32,000 nucleotides of DNA, from assembly GCF_000025945.1 (NCBI RefSeq), contig NC_006138.1:960001-992000 (forward strand). Direction: 5' to 3'. A program made the position numbers and the translations under genes. Source of the DNA: Desulfotalea psychrophila LSv54 (GTDB lineage Bacteria > Desulfobacterota > Desulfobulbia > Desulfobulbales > Desulfocapsaceae). The notes under the pieces were generated by a model. That model was not told the origin of the DNA. It saw only the letters and a program-made list of their open reading frames with translations, and did no database searches. Of this stretch, positions 8,943 through 17,900 are shown one piece after another (the first letter of the stretch is position 1; each line of letters opens with the position of its first letter).

Positions 8943-9743
8943 ATGAAAAAGATATATATAAGTGCCGATATAGAGGGTATTTGCGGGGTGACTGATTGGG
9001 GCGAAACAGAACTTGGCTCAGCCACCCATGAGGAGTTTCGCAGGCAGATGACCTGTGAAGTGGCCGCCGCCTGTGAGGGTGCCATAGAGGCCGGGGTAGA
9101 GGAGATACTGGTGCAGGATGCCCACGACAGTGCCCGTAATATCCTGGCCGCAGATCTGCCGCCGAAGGTGCAGCTGATCCGGGGTTGGGCGGGGCATCCC
9201 TACTGCATGTTACAGAGTCTTGACTCTTCCTATGATGCCGTCCTCTTTATTGGTTATCACTGCGCAGGGGGTCGGGTTGGTAATCCTCTGGCCCATACCA
9301 TGACCAATGATAAGGCTTATTGGCTCAAGTTAAATGGAGAGTTTGTTTCTGAATTTTATCTTAATAGCCTCATTGCCTGCCGGGAGAATGTGCCGGTGCT
9401 CTTTCTCTCAGGCGATGCCGAGGTCTGTGCCGAGGCCAACCAACTCTCCTCCTCCATCGCGACCCTGGCCAGCAAAGAGGGTATGGGGGCCTCCACCATC
9501 AACCGTCATCCCTCTGAGATCTGTGCAGAGACCAGAAGGTTGGTTGCCGAGGTCCTGAAGAGGGGGGCGCCAGGGAGCCTGACCATGCCCCAGACCTTTA
9601 CGCTGGAGATTTGCTATAGCGGCCATGCCCTTGCCTATAGGAACTCCTTCTATCCCGGGGCGACTCTGGTGGATGGTAATCGGCTCCTCTTTGCCACCCA
9701 GGACTATTTTGAGGTGCTGCGTTTTATCCATTTTGTTCTGTAG
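8943..9743 (+). CDS. M55-family D-aminopeptidase (DppA-like)
   Basis: MKKIYISADIEGICGVTDW, QDAHDSARNI, FIGYHCAGG, HTMTNDKAYWLKLNGEFVSEF fit M55 metallopeptidase motifs. Putative ligands are D/E in SADIEG and the H residues. Confidence 0.85.
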   Translation: MKKIYISADIEGICGVTDWGETELGSATHEEFRRQMTCEVAAACEGAIEAGVEEILVQDAHDSARNILAADLPPKVQLIRGWAGHPYCMLQSLDSSYDAVLFIGYHCAGGRVGNPLAHTMTNDKAYWLKLNGEFVSEFYLNSLIACRENVPVLFLSGDAEVCAEANQLSSSIATLASKEGMGASTINRHPSEICAETRRLVAEVLKRGAPGSLTMPQTFTLEICYSGHALAYRNSFYPGATLVDGNRLLFATQDYFEVLRFIHFVL

Positions 9744-9791
9744 TCGTTTATTTTTATAAGTTGCCACCCATGTTTGAATATAAAAGGAGTT

Positions 9792-10676
9792 AGTATGCGA
9801 CAGATCGTTTCTCTACTATTGTTAGTCTCTGGTATCATGGAAGTGTTTACCAGTGTGGTTCTCTATATTGTTCCGGCCGGGCGGGTTGCCTATTGGTCTG
9901 GTTATCGTTTTTTATGGCTCAGCAAGGAGCAGTGGGGGGATATGCATATTACCCTCGGTGTCCTCTTTCTATTGGCCGCGGTTCTTCATTGCTTTGTTAA
10001 TATCCGATCGATTGTCAACTACTTCCGTAATAAGGCCAGAAAGTTCAGCTTCTTCAACACTAAGTTCCTGATCGCCCTGATTCTCTCCCTCTATGTTGCC
10101 ATCGGCACCCTCTATCGTCTTACTCCCATGAATTACGTTTTGACCTGGGGGGAAGAGTTTAGTCAGACGGCTAACCAGAAGTACGGTGAACCACCCTATG
10201 GACATGCCGAAATGTCGTCGCTTACCATGTTCTGCAAGAGGATGAATCTGGACCTTGACAGGGCCAGTGAACTGCTGACAGCGAACGGCATTCAGTTTGC
10301 CGGTCCAGCCACTCCCATCAGTGAAATTGCCGTGGAAAATGGTAGAATCCCTCAGGACATATATCAGATTATTCGCTCAGCTAAGGCCCAACCGAAGGTT
10401 CGCCAGAATGGTCAGGGCCAGATCTCAGCTAAGGTGACCCCCATCTTCCCGGACCTGCCCCCCGCAGGTTTTGGCAATATGACCATTGGCTCCATCTGTC
10501 AGCAGTATGAGGTCCTCCCGAGCCACCTCTTGGCCGAGCTACAGAATCGAGGTCTCCTTATCGATGAGATGGATACAGTAAAAGAGGTTGGGGTAAAGAA
10601 CAACACCAGCCCCATGACCGTCTTTGAACTGATCCACGAGGTGTTGGTCCCACCGGCCCCCGCTACTAAGATTTAG
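9792..10676 (+). CDS. DUF4405-type membrane protein
   Basis: MRQIVSLLLLVSGIMEVFTSVVLYIVPAGRVAYW...WGDMHITLGVLFLLAAVLHCFVN has the DUF4405 two-helix/His pattern. ATG at 9792 follows AAAGGAG; the track start is 9774. Confidence 0.7.
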   Translation, partial: SMRQIVSLLLLVSGIMEVFTSVVLYIVPAGRVAYWSGYRFLWLSKEQWGDMHITLGVLFLLAAVLHCFVNIRSIVNYFRNKARKFSFFNTKFLIALILSLYVAIGTLYRLTPMNYVLTWGEEFSQTANQKYGEPPYGHAEMSSLTMFCKRMNLDLDRASELLTANGIQFAGPATPISEIAVENGRIPQDIYQIIRSAKAQPKVRQNGQGQISAKVTPIFPDLPPAGFGNMTIGSICQQYEVLPSHLLAELQNRGLLIDEMDTVKEVGVKNNTSPMTVFELIHEVLVPPAPATKI

Positions 10677-10687
10677 TCTGTGTAGTA

Positions 10688-10820
10688 AAGGATATTAACC
10701 ACAGAGGGCACAGAGACATTTTAGGTGAACTGCTTAAAAACAAAACCTTAATTCAGCTAAAAAGCTCTGTGCCCTTTAATCAATGGTCAGCCGTAGAGAC
10801 GTCGATTTATCGCGTCTCCG
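10688..10820. repeat. Dispersed repeat (ATTAACCACAGAGG...TTTTAGGTGAACTGCTTAAAA module) plus GAGACG...CGTCTC hairpin
   Basis: The TTTTAGGTGAACTGC(T/C)TAAAA...CTTAATT-AG block recurs near 25150-25200 and 25360-25405. Hairpin GAGACG-t-CGAT-TT-ATCG-CGTCTC at 10796-10818. Confidence 0.7.
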
Positions 10821-10867
10821 ATACACCCCAGCGTCAACCTGTTACATCTGCTGTAAAGTAAAAGATA

Positions 10868-11140
10868 TTAACCACTGGCAACCGAGATAGAAGAAAGATG
10901 CTAGATACGAGATACGAGAAAAAATTTAACAACGAGAAAAGCTTAAAAATAAGGCTGTTACCGCAGTTCTTTCTGGTATCCGCCGCTTCGCTGCTAGCAT
11001 CTCATATCTAGTCTCTGCCTTTCTGCCCTTTCTTTTACCCTTTAAATTTTAAAAATGAGTGTTCTCCAGGCAGTGGTTAGTTGCCCTTGCAGTTGTTCTT
11101 TCTTACAGCTGTCAGCTCCCAACTCACAGCTTGCTGCTAT
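10868..11140. repeat. Dispersed composite repeat bounded by AACCACTG / CAGTGGTT
   Basis: TTAACCACTGG near 10868; heptamers GATGCTA-GATACGA-GATACGA 10897-10917; AAAAATAAGGCTGTTACCGCA; GTGTTCTCCAGGCAGTGGTTA near 11060-11080; CTTACAGCTGTCAGCTCCCAACT after it. All recur at other intergenic sites. Confidence 0.75.
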
Positions 11141-11207
11141 TTCTGTTGCAAGCTAATAAGGAACTCCGTTTGAACCATTTTCGTCCAAGAGGTAGAGAAT
11201 TTCCACC

Positions 11208-12371
11208 TTATAGGCATATTCGATTTCGTCCCGACTCCTTGGCCTCCTGTAGTTTTTTCCCAGCCCTTTTTAAGGTAGTCTCGAAGAGCTCTTCTTCCGC
11301 TCTATATATGGCGATACCAGCGCTAATGGTAATGTGAAATTTTTCATTGCGTTCATCAAAAACTAAACAGTCTGTTTCTGTTCTTATTATTTCAGTAATT
11401 TGTATTATCTCTTTTTCATTGTTGAAAAAACCAATAAGAAGAAACTCTTCACCACCAAAACGAATACTAAAATCATTTGGCCGGGTATTTTCTATAATAA
11501 TATTGGCTAATCTCTTTAAGACACGATCGCCACAGCTACGCCCATAGTTAGCGTTAATTTTTTTAAAGTGGTCAATATCCAAGTCTATTACTGCCAAAAG
11601 CTTTTCGTTATCCTGGTGCAGTTTTGTTAAGATAGTTGGTAAAATCTCTTTGAGGAATCGTTTTGTATAAAGGTTTGTAAGAGTATCCTTTATTGCAAGT
11701 TCACCAATTTGTCGTAGAAAATAATTTATAACAAAGATTGCAATGACAACAAAAACAATAAAACAGGCACTAAATATTACCGAGGTTTTAAAAACGATCC
11801 AAAAAATATTTTCCTGCATATCATCAAGATAGAGGCCTGTCCCCAGAACCCAGTCCCATGGGGTGAAATAGGTCACATAAGAAATTTTAGGACTCTCCTC
11901 GGGTATATTGGGCTTAGGCCAGTAGTATGAGACCCAACCGCCACCATTTTTAGCTGTGCTAATAAACTCTTTAAAAAAATATTTTCCCTTGAAGTCGGTC
12001 CAGTTGATGAGGTTAAGACCAACTCTATTCGGTGTATATGGTTGCATCAAAAGCACTCCTTCTCCACTGTTTACCCAGAGATAACCATTTGCTCCATATG
12101 TGGCTCCATTTAAGGTATTTAATGCTCTTGCCTTTGCCTGCGAAGAGGTCAGATTTCCATCTGCACTCAGTTGATAAAAATGTTGAACAACTCCCAGACC
12201 AACCTCAGTAATATGTTTAGATTGGTCTTTTTTTTCTTTTTCTAAATTTGTTGAAAGAGAGTAATGAAAAAACAAAAGAAAGGCAGTTAGTCCAAGACCA
12301 ATAAGAATAATAAATGCCAGAAGTTTCTTCTGAATCGGAGACCTGATTGTTAGGGATGCTGAGTTATTCAT
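11208..12371 (-). CDS. Membrane diguanylate cyclase with periplasmic single-Cache domain and GGDEF domain
   Basis: N-terminal TM; sensor segment GANGYLWVNSGEGVLLMQPYTPNRVGLNL...YVTYFTPWDWVLGTGLYLDD (sCache_2-like); second TM; GGDEF domain KDTLTNLYTKRFL...VIDLDIDHFKKIN...IRFGGEEFLLI. Confidence 0.9.
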   Translation of the reverse strand: MNNSASLTIRSPIQKKLLAFIILIGLGLTAFLLFFHYSLSTNLEKEKKDQSKHITEVGLGVVQHFYQLSADGNLTSSQAKARALNTLNGATYGANGYLWVNSGEGVLLMQPYTPNRVGLNLINWTDFKGKYFFKEFISTAKNGGGWVSYYWPKPNIPEESPKISYVTYFTPWDWVLGTGLYLDDMQENIFWIVFKTSVIFSACFIVFVVIAIFVINYFLRQIGELAIKDTLTNLYTKRFLKEILPTILTKLHQDNEKLLAVIDLDIDHFKKINANYGRSCGDRVLKRLANIIIENTRPNDFSIRFGGEEFLLIGFFNNEKEIIQITEIIRTETDCLVFDERNEKFHITISAGIAIYRAEEELFETTLKRAGKKLQEAKESGRNRICL

Positions 12372-12876
12372 GGCTATACTCTCGCTTAATCTTGAGGTGT
12401 GGAGACGATAGTAGCTCTTTTCTAGGTGTCCTTTATTGTAGGAGAAAAAACAGATGTTGGGAATATTTTTATAATTTTTTTTTAAGCTGTTAAGGAAAAC
12501 AGGCCTAGATTAGGATATATATGTTACTTATTAAGGGGATGGCAGGAATCTGCTGGTGATGCTAAAACGTGGAGAGGATCAGTCGTATAACATCCAGTCA
12601 TTCAGATTTGTCTGGCAAAGACAGTTTGCTTTCATCACAATGGGAATTTTTCTAAACAACAGATTGGCATCACGGCCTGGAAAATGGAGTGGTGCTGGCG
12701 CAACAAAAGACTTAGGATAAATAAGGCGAGATTGCCCCCTGTTCCCACAGTTGCAGTTGTGCCAGTTGATCTTATTTTGGGACATTATATTCGCCCCCTG
12801 AGTATCTGCTAAGCCATAAGCGTCAACGAGGCAATAAAGGTATGGGCAAAGGGCAAACGGGAAAAGAGGTCGTCTA

Positions 12877-13128
12877 CCTGTATAAAGCCTGAAAACCCGA
12901 GGAGACGAGCAATATACAGATGTATAAAGCCTTAAACACCGAAGAAAGAGACAATATACAAATGTATAAAGCCTGAAACACCGAAGAAACAGACAATATA
13001 TAAATGTATAAAGCCTGAAACACCGAAGAAACAGACAATATACAAATGTATAAAGCCTGAAAACCTGAGTTGACGGACAATATACGGATCTACACAGGCC
13101 AAAACCTTGAGGAGATGGCCAATATACA
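12877..13128. repeat. Imperfect 42-bp tandem repeat (six units)
   Basis: Consensus AATGTATAAAGCCTGAAACACCGAAGAAACAGACAATATACA. Units at 12877, 12919, 12961, 13003, 13045, 13087; units 3 and 4 differ at one base; outer units and flanks are progressively degenerate. Confidence 0.95.
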
Positions 13129-13230
13129 TCCATACGAAGGCTCAAAACTTGGGTAAATGGCTTATCTGCGAGCGTAGACAGTCTTTTTTATAGGGCAAGA
13201 TCAACATCCCTGATTTGCACTTACTGACAG

Positions 13231-13515
13231 CTCGCCATTTCGCTCGCCACTCGTTCGCCGCTACGCTGCTGATGCTACTCGTTGTCACTCACTGCTACTT
13301 CACTGCTGTTTTTCCTGCTCTTTCTAGTATCTGTCCTTGTCCTTTAAATTAAAAAAAATCAGTGTTCTCCAGGCAGTGGTTAAGCGCAGTTGCCCTTGCT
13401 TTTGTCCTTTCTGATAGCTGTTGGCTGACAGCTCCCAACTCGCCATTCCGCTCGCCACTCGTTCGCCGCTACGCTGCTGACGCCACTCGTTGTCACTCAA
13501 TGCTACTTCACTGCT
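13231..13515. repeat. 77-bp direct repeat pair inside a dispersed-repeat mosaic
   Basis: 13231-13307 and 13439-13515 share CTCGCCATT(T/C)CGCTCGCCACTCGTTCGCCGCTACGCTGCTGA... with about 4 mismatches in 77 bp. GTGTTCTCCAGGCAGTGGTTAA lies between them; a diverged relative is at about 25661-25732. Confidence 0.9.
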
Positions 13516-13701
13516 ATAGCTTCTTCCTATCGCTTTCCCGTCCCTGTCCTTGCCTGTGCCCTTTAACGTTAAAGTGTCCTTCTCTGTGTTCTCCCACCCT
13601 CTGTGGTGAACTGTTTTTTGTAGTTTTTGTAGTTTCTGGCCTATAATAGATTCTGCTTCTTGATCTACCCCATACATCAATAAAAATTGGAGGAGAGCAC
13701 C

Positions 13702-14094
13702 ATGCTAACCAGAGAGGATGTCCGCAGCCTGTTTGAACATTTGAAGTCTGACCCGGATCAGTTCTTTGCCCATGTCGCAACTGATGTGCAGTGGACGGTG
13801 ATGGGAACCCACCCCCTGGCCGGAATCTATCAGAGCAAGGAGGACTTTCTCGACCACACCTTTAAACGCTTGGCCAAAATCCTCAAAGAGGGCGCTCTAT
13901 TGGAGATAGTGGATCTCTTTATCGACGGTTCCACGGCCATCGTCGAGATGCGCTCTATCTCCACCGCCAATAACGGCAAACCCTTTGATAACAGATATTG
14001 CTGGATCGTTACCTTCAGCGGCGATCTCATCACAGCCGTCAAGGCCTACCTCGATTCGGCCCTTGTCCAGCAACTCGTCAGCGAAAATGAATAG
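13702..14094 (+). CDS. SnoaL-like / NTF2-fold protein
   Basis: MLTREDVRSLFEHLKSDPDQFFAHVATDVQWTVMGTHPLAGIYQSKEDFLDHTFKRL... is typical of small nuclear transport factor 2-like proteins. GGAGGAG ribosome-binding site just upstream; the track starts at 13687. Confidence 0.85.
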   Translation: MLTREDVRSLFEHLKSDPDQFFAHVATDVQWTVMGTHPLAGIYQSKEDFLDHTFKRLAKILKEGALLEIVDLFIDGSTAIVEMRSISTANNGKPFDNRYCWIVTFSGDLITAVKAYLDSALVQQLVSENE

Positions 14095-14109
14095 GGGCAT
14101 TTAAAAATC

Positions 14110-14571
14110 AACCACTGGAACCGAGGAAGAAAAAAGATGCTAGATGCTAGATACGAGATATGAGAAAAAACTTAACAGCGAAAAAAGATTAAAAATAAGG
14201 CTGTTACCGCATTTCTTTCTAGTGTCTAGCACTTCGTATCCGCCCTTGCCCTTGCTCTTCCTGGCACCTCCTAACTAATAGCTTCTCCCCACTTGTTCTC
14301 ACCCTCCTCGGAAAGAGACTTTCTGCCCAAAAAATTTTCCCGGAAGCAATGTCCTGTCAATTCTTAGGTAAGACCTTGAAAAGGTGTACAGAGCTACTCC
14401 TCCTCTTGGCAAGGGGAGGCTGGGTGGGGTTTGTCTTTTTTGCTGCATTTTAGCCAAAAAAATTCTCAGTGTTCTTCAAACAGTGGCCAATCGCTTTGCT
14501 TTTTCTAGTATCCGCCATTCCGCTGTGCTCCACTGCTAGCATCTAGCATCTAGCATCTAGTATCTCGCATC
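14110..14571. repeat. Dispersed composite repeat with heptamer arrays at both ends
   Basis: CAACCACTGGAACCGAGGAAG near 14111; GATGCTAx2-GATACGA-GATATGA 14138-14165; AAAAATAAGGCTGTTACCGCA; reverse array (TAGCATC)x3-TAGTATC-TCGCATC 14537-14571. Confidence 0.8.
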
Positions 14572-14709
14572 TGCTTTTACATCTTCTCTTTTCCTGAATA
14601 AGTATTGTAGTATCTTCTGGGGCTGTGGTAAAATGCCTTGGATATTCGTACGCTTACCAGATTGTGGTATCTGCCTCTTGCTGTGAGCTGGCTGGAAGTA
14701 GGATGTAGG

Positions 14710-14776
14710 ATGGGCAGCAGCGAAGCGAAGCGGCGAAGGGAAGCGAAGCGGAGCGTGCCCATCAATGTTGATGGGT
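14710..14776. repeat. Small hairpin-forming dispersed-type element with two competing hairpins
   Basis: GATGGGCA (14710-14717) pairs with TGCCCATC (14757-14764); CCCATCAA (14759-14766) pairs with TTGATGGG (14769-14776). The middle is GCGAAGCGAAGCGGCGAAGGGAAGCGAAGCGGAGC. Confidence 0.75.
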
Positions 14777-14955
14777 GAGGAATTGGCTCATGTGAAGATT
14801 TTCAGTTTTTGGATGATGCTGGAGTAATACAATAAGTGAGGCTTTTCGGAGTTATCCAGGCCTTTATAATAACTTGTTGTGTGTGATTACAAATATCATC
14901 ATATATAGATTTGCATTATTGATAATCAGATGATCCATTTTAAGGAAATGCCAAA

Positions 14956-17900
14956 ATGATAAAAAATAATAGTTTAACAATTTTGCACCTATCAGATCTA
15001 CAGTTCGGAAAGAATCATAGATTTTTCCAATCAAATATTTCAGAAGAAAACTTCAATTTCAGTACACTTCAAGCAAGATTACAAACTGATCTTAAAATAG
15101 TAAAAAGTAAATATGATCTTGAACCAGACCTTATAGTTATCACTGGTGACCTAGTTGAATACGGTCAACAGTCTGAATTTGATCAAGCCAAAGTTTTCTT
15201 CAATGAGTTAGCTTCATTTTTGAATGTTCATATATCAAATGTATTAATTGTTCCAGGCAACCACGATATTAATAGAAAGGCATGTGAAGCATATTTTGCA
15301 GAATGTGAGGCTGACGAAAAAAAGCCTACTTTGCCTTATAAACCCAAATGGAGACATTTTAAAAATTTTTATAATAGCTTTTACTCAGATATTTCCAGAA
15401 AGTTTGATTTAGAAACTCCATTTGGGTGCACTGAATATCCTGAGTTGAAAGTAGCAGTTGCAAACCTTAATTCAACGGTTCAAGAAAGCCATCAAGAGAA
15501 AGATCATTATGGTTTGATTGGAGAGAATCAAGCTCAAAAAATTGCAGAGCAACTAGCGAAAAGAAAAGATGAAGGTTGGTTTAATATTGCAGCTGTTCAC
15601 CATAATGTTGTTCGCGGTGCAATAGAAGATGATGACAATTTACGAGATTCAGAAATGTTACAGAGGGTTATTGGTGATCACATAGATCTAATATTACACG
15701 GGCATACACACCGTGGAAAAATGCATTGGTGGTCCCCGCAGCTTCCAGTAATTGGAACGGGTAGTGCTTCTGTTGAAAAAAGTGCAAGACCAGATGAAGT
15801 GCCAAATCAATATCAATTACTAAAATTTACAGGGCTTGGTTTTACACGATATTGTCGTGCTTTTGCTCCGGATGAAGCGAAATGGATTCCTGATTCTAGA
15901 GTCAACGATGATGGTGTTGAAGAACATGAAATAAATTTTAGAAATGTGCACGCTGCATTTCCAGAATCACTAGAACAAAAAACAAATACACAAAATTCAA
16001 ATAATATAGATACGCTACCAAAAGAATTAGATGGTAGTAGCGATCAAATACCCAAAATATTTAGCCCAACATTTAAATTTCCGTTCACCCACTATTGTGA
16101 TTTACCACCTGTCGTAGATGTTTGGGTTGGAAGAGATAAACAATTAACTTCAGTTTTATCAACAAAAAGTGGTGTTGTTGCAATTACAGGCATAGGGGGA
16201 CAAGGGAAATCTGCACTCGCTGCTAAGTGCCTTGAACAATGGAAGCTGAATCACCCAAAATCATTTTGGGATTGGCGTGATTGTCGTGAAGAGGGCGATA
16301 GATTCCACACACAATTGTTAGGGCAAATTGAGAGGATTACAGATGGCGCTGTTGGAGGTGAAGAGTTGGCCGGTGCTCCAACGATCGATTTGGTTAAATA
16401 TTTGTTCGAAATAATAGGTGATCGTGATTGTTTGTTTGTTTTTGACAATGTTGACCAATATGTCAATGTAAACGAAAATTCCTTTGTTTCTGGTGTTTCG
16501 ACTTTCGTGAATGAGTCGTTAAGAGGAAAGCATAATTGCTTGATTCTTATTACTTGTAGACCACGAATAACATACCCCAACATCCGATTTTTCGAAATCT
16601 ATCTAGACGGGTTATTGTTTGAAGATACAATCGACTTGTTTAATAAACGTGGGGTTGATATCAAAAAAACTGGAATGCTTAATACTCTGAATGAGGTTTA
16701 CACTTTAACTGAAGGTCATCCTCTATGGCTTAACTTACTAGCAATACAAATATCAAGAGATGAAAAAAGTAGTGAGAATATTTTAGAAGAGTTGAGGAAC
16801 GGTGAGGCAGATAATAGGGCAAGGTCTATGTTACGACCTATTTGGAAAGGATTAAATGTTAACCAACAACAAGTTTTGCGTTGTATGGCAGAAATCCCAA
16901 GGCCAATGGACTCTGTCCAAATTCATAATTGCATAAGTGGTAAAATAAAAACATTTAACAGATTTAAGAGAGCGTTCAAGACCATAAAAGCATTAAGTCT
17001 GGTTGTTAAATGCGAGTCCGATGACGGCAACAACAAATATGATTTGCATCCTTTAGTTCGTAGTTTTATCAAAACTGAGTACGCTACAACCAAAGAGAGA
17101 TTGCCTTACATTGATCCGATAGTTTGCTATTTAAGGCAGCTAATTATGGGTTCATCGGCAAAAATTAGCACTGAGACTTCTTTTGATAAGCTGAGAATGT
17201 GGTCCGAAAAAGCTGAACTAGAAATAGAATCAGGGCTTATGGCGGATGCTGTTGAGTCATTAGGTTATGTGGCAAATAGATTGTTAGCAATGGGTTATTC
17301 TGAGGAATTGTTCCGTGTAGGTAAACGAATAATTGATGATTTTATCATTAACCCTTCTCATTATAATGAGATAAAAGAATTTGATGAGTTATTTCAAGTC
17401 ATCATTGAAGCTCTAATTGAATTTGGTCACGAAGCTGATGCGCGTCGTTTCCTAAAAAACTACGAAGATTTTGTTGAGGAAGGGACCGCACTGTTTATAG
17501 GTTTTTGTAGTCTCATGACATGGGTTGAGTGGCATCTTTATAACTATGACGAAGCTATTTATTGGGGAGAACGTGGTAGGTACTTAAAGAAACAATCTTC
17601 AATTGACACTTCCTGCGACTGTAGCCATAACCTTGCATTAGCATTACGAGACTCAGGTCGCTATGCGGAAGCAATGGAATATTTTTTAATGGGTAATTCA
17701 CTTGAATCTTTATTTTATGCTGATGCTGAATCAGAAAGAGATGGTTCTTTCTGGGGGAATATTGGACGCTGCTTGATGCTTCAAGGTGATTACATAAATG
17801 CTATTCAATGTCTTAAAAAATCTGCAGAATCACTAGGTAATGACCAAGGTGCAAACGGGATAAAAAATCAAGGATATGCTGCAAAGTGGATCGCACAATG

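Noticed and set aside
12877-13128. CRISPR-like array
   Set aside because: The 42-bp units are directly abutting with no unique spacers, and there are no cas genes nearby.
13324-13680. Track ORFs at 13324..13680(-), 13362..13646(+) and 13514..13780(-)
   Set aside because: Mutually overlapping reading frames through the repeat mosaic; similar peptides (MFSRQWL..ALAVVL) recur at 11059..11337 because the DNA module is repeated.
14393-14440. Hairpin CCTCCTCTTG-G-CAAGGGGAGG as a dedicated terminator of the SnoaL-like gene
   Set aside because: It lies about 300 nt downstream within dispersed repeat sequence and resembles a common repeated hairpin; a specific role cannot be supported.
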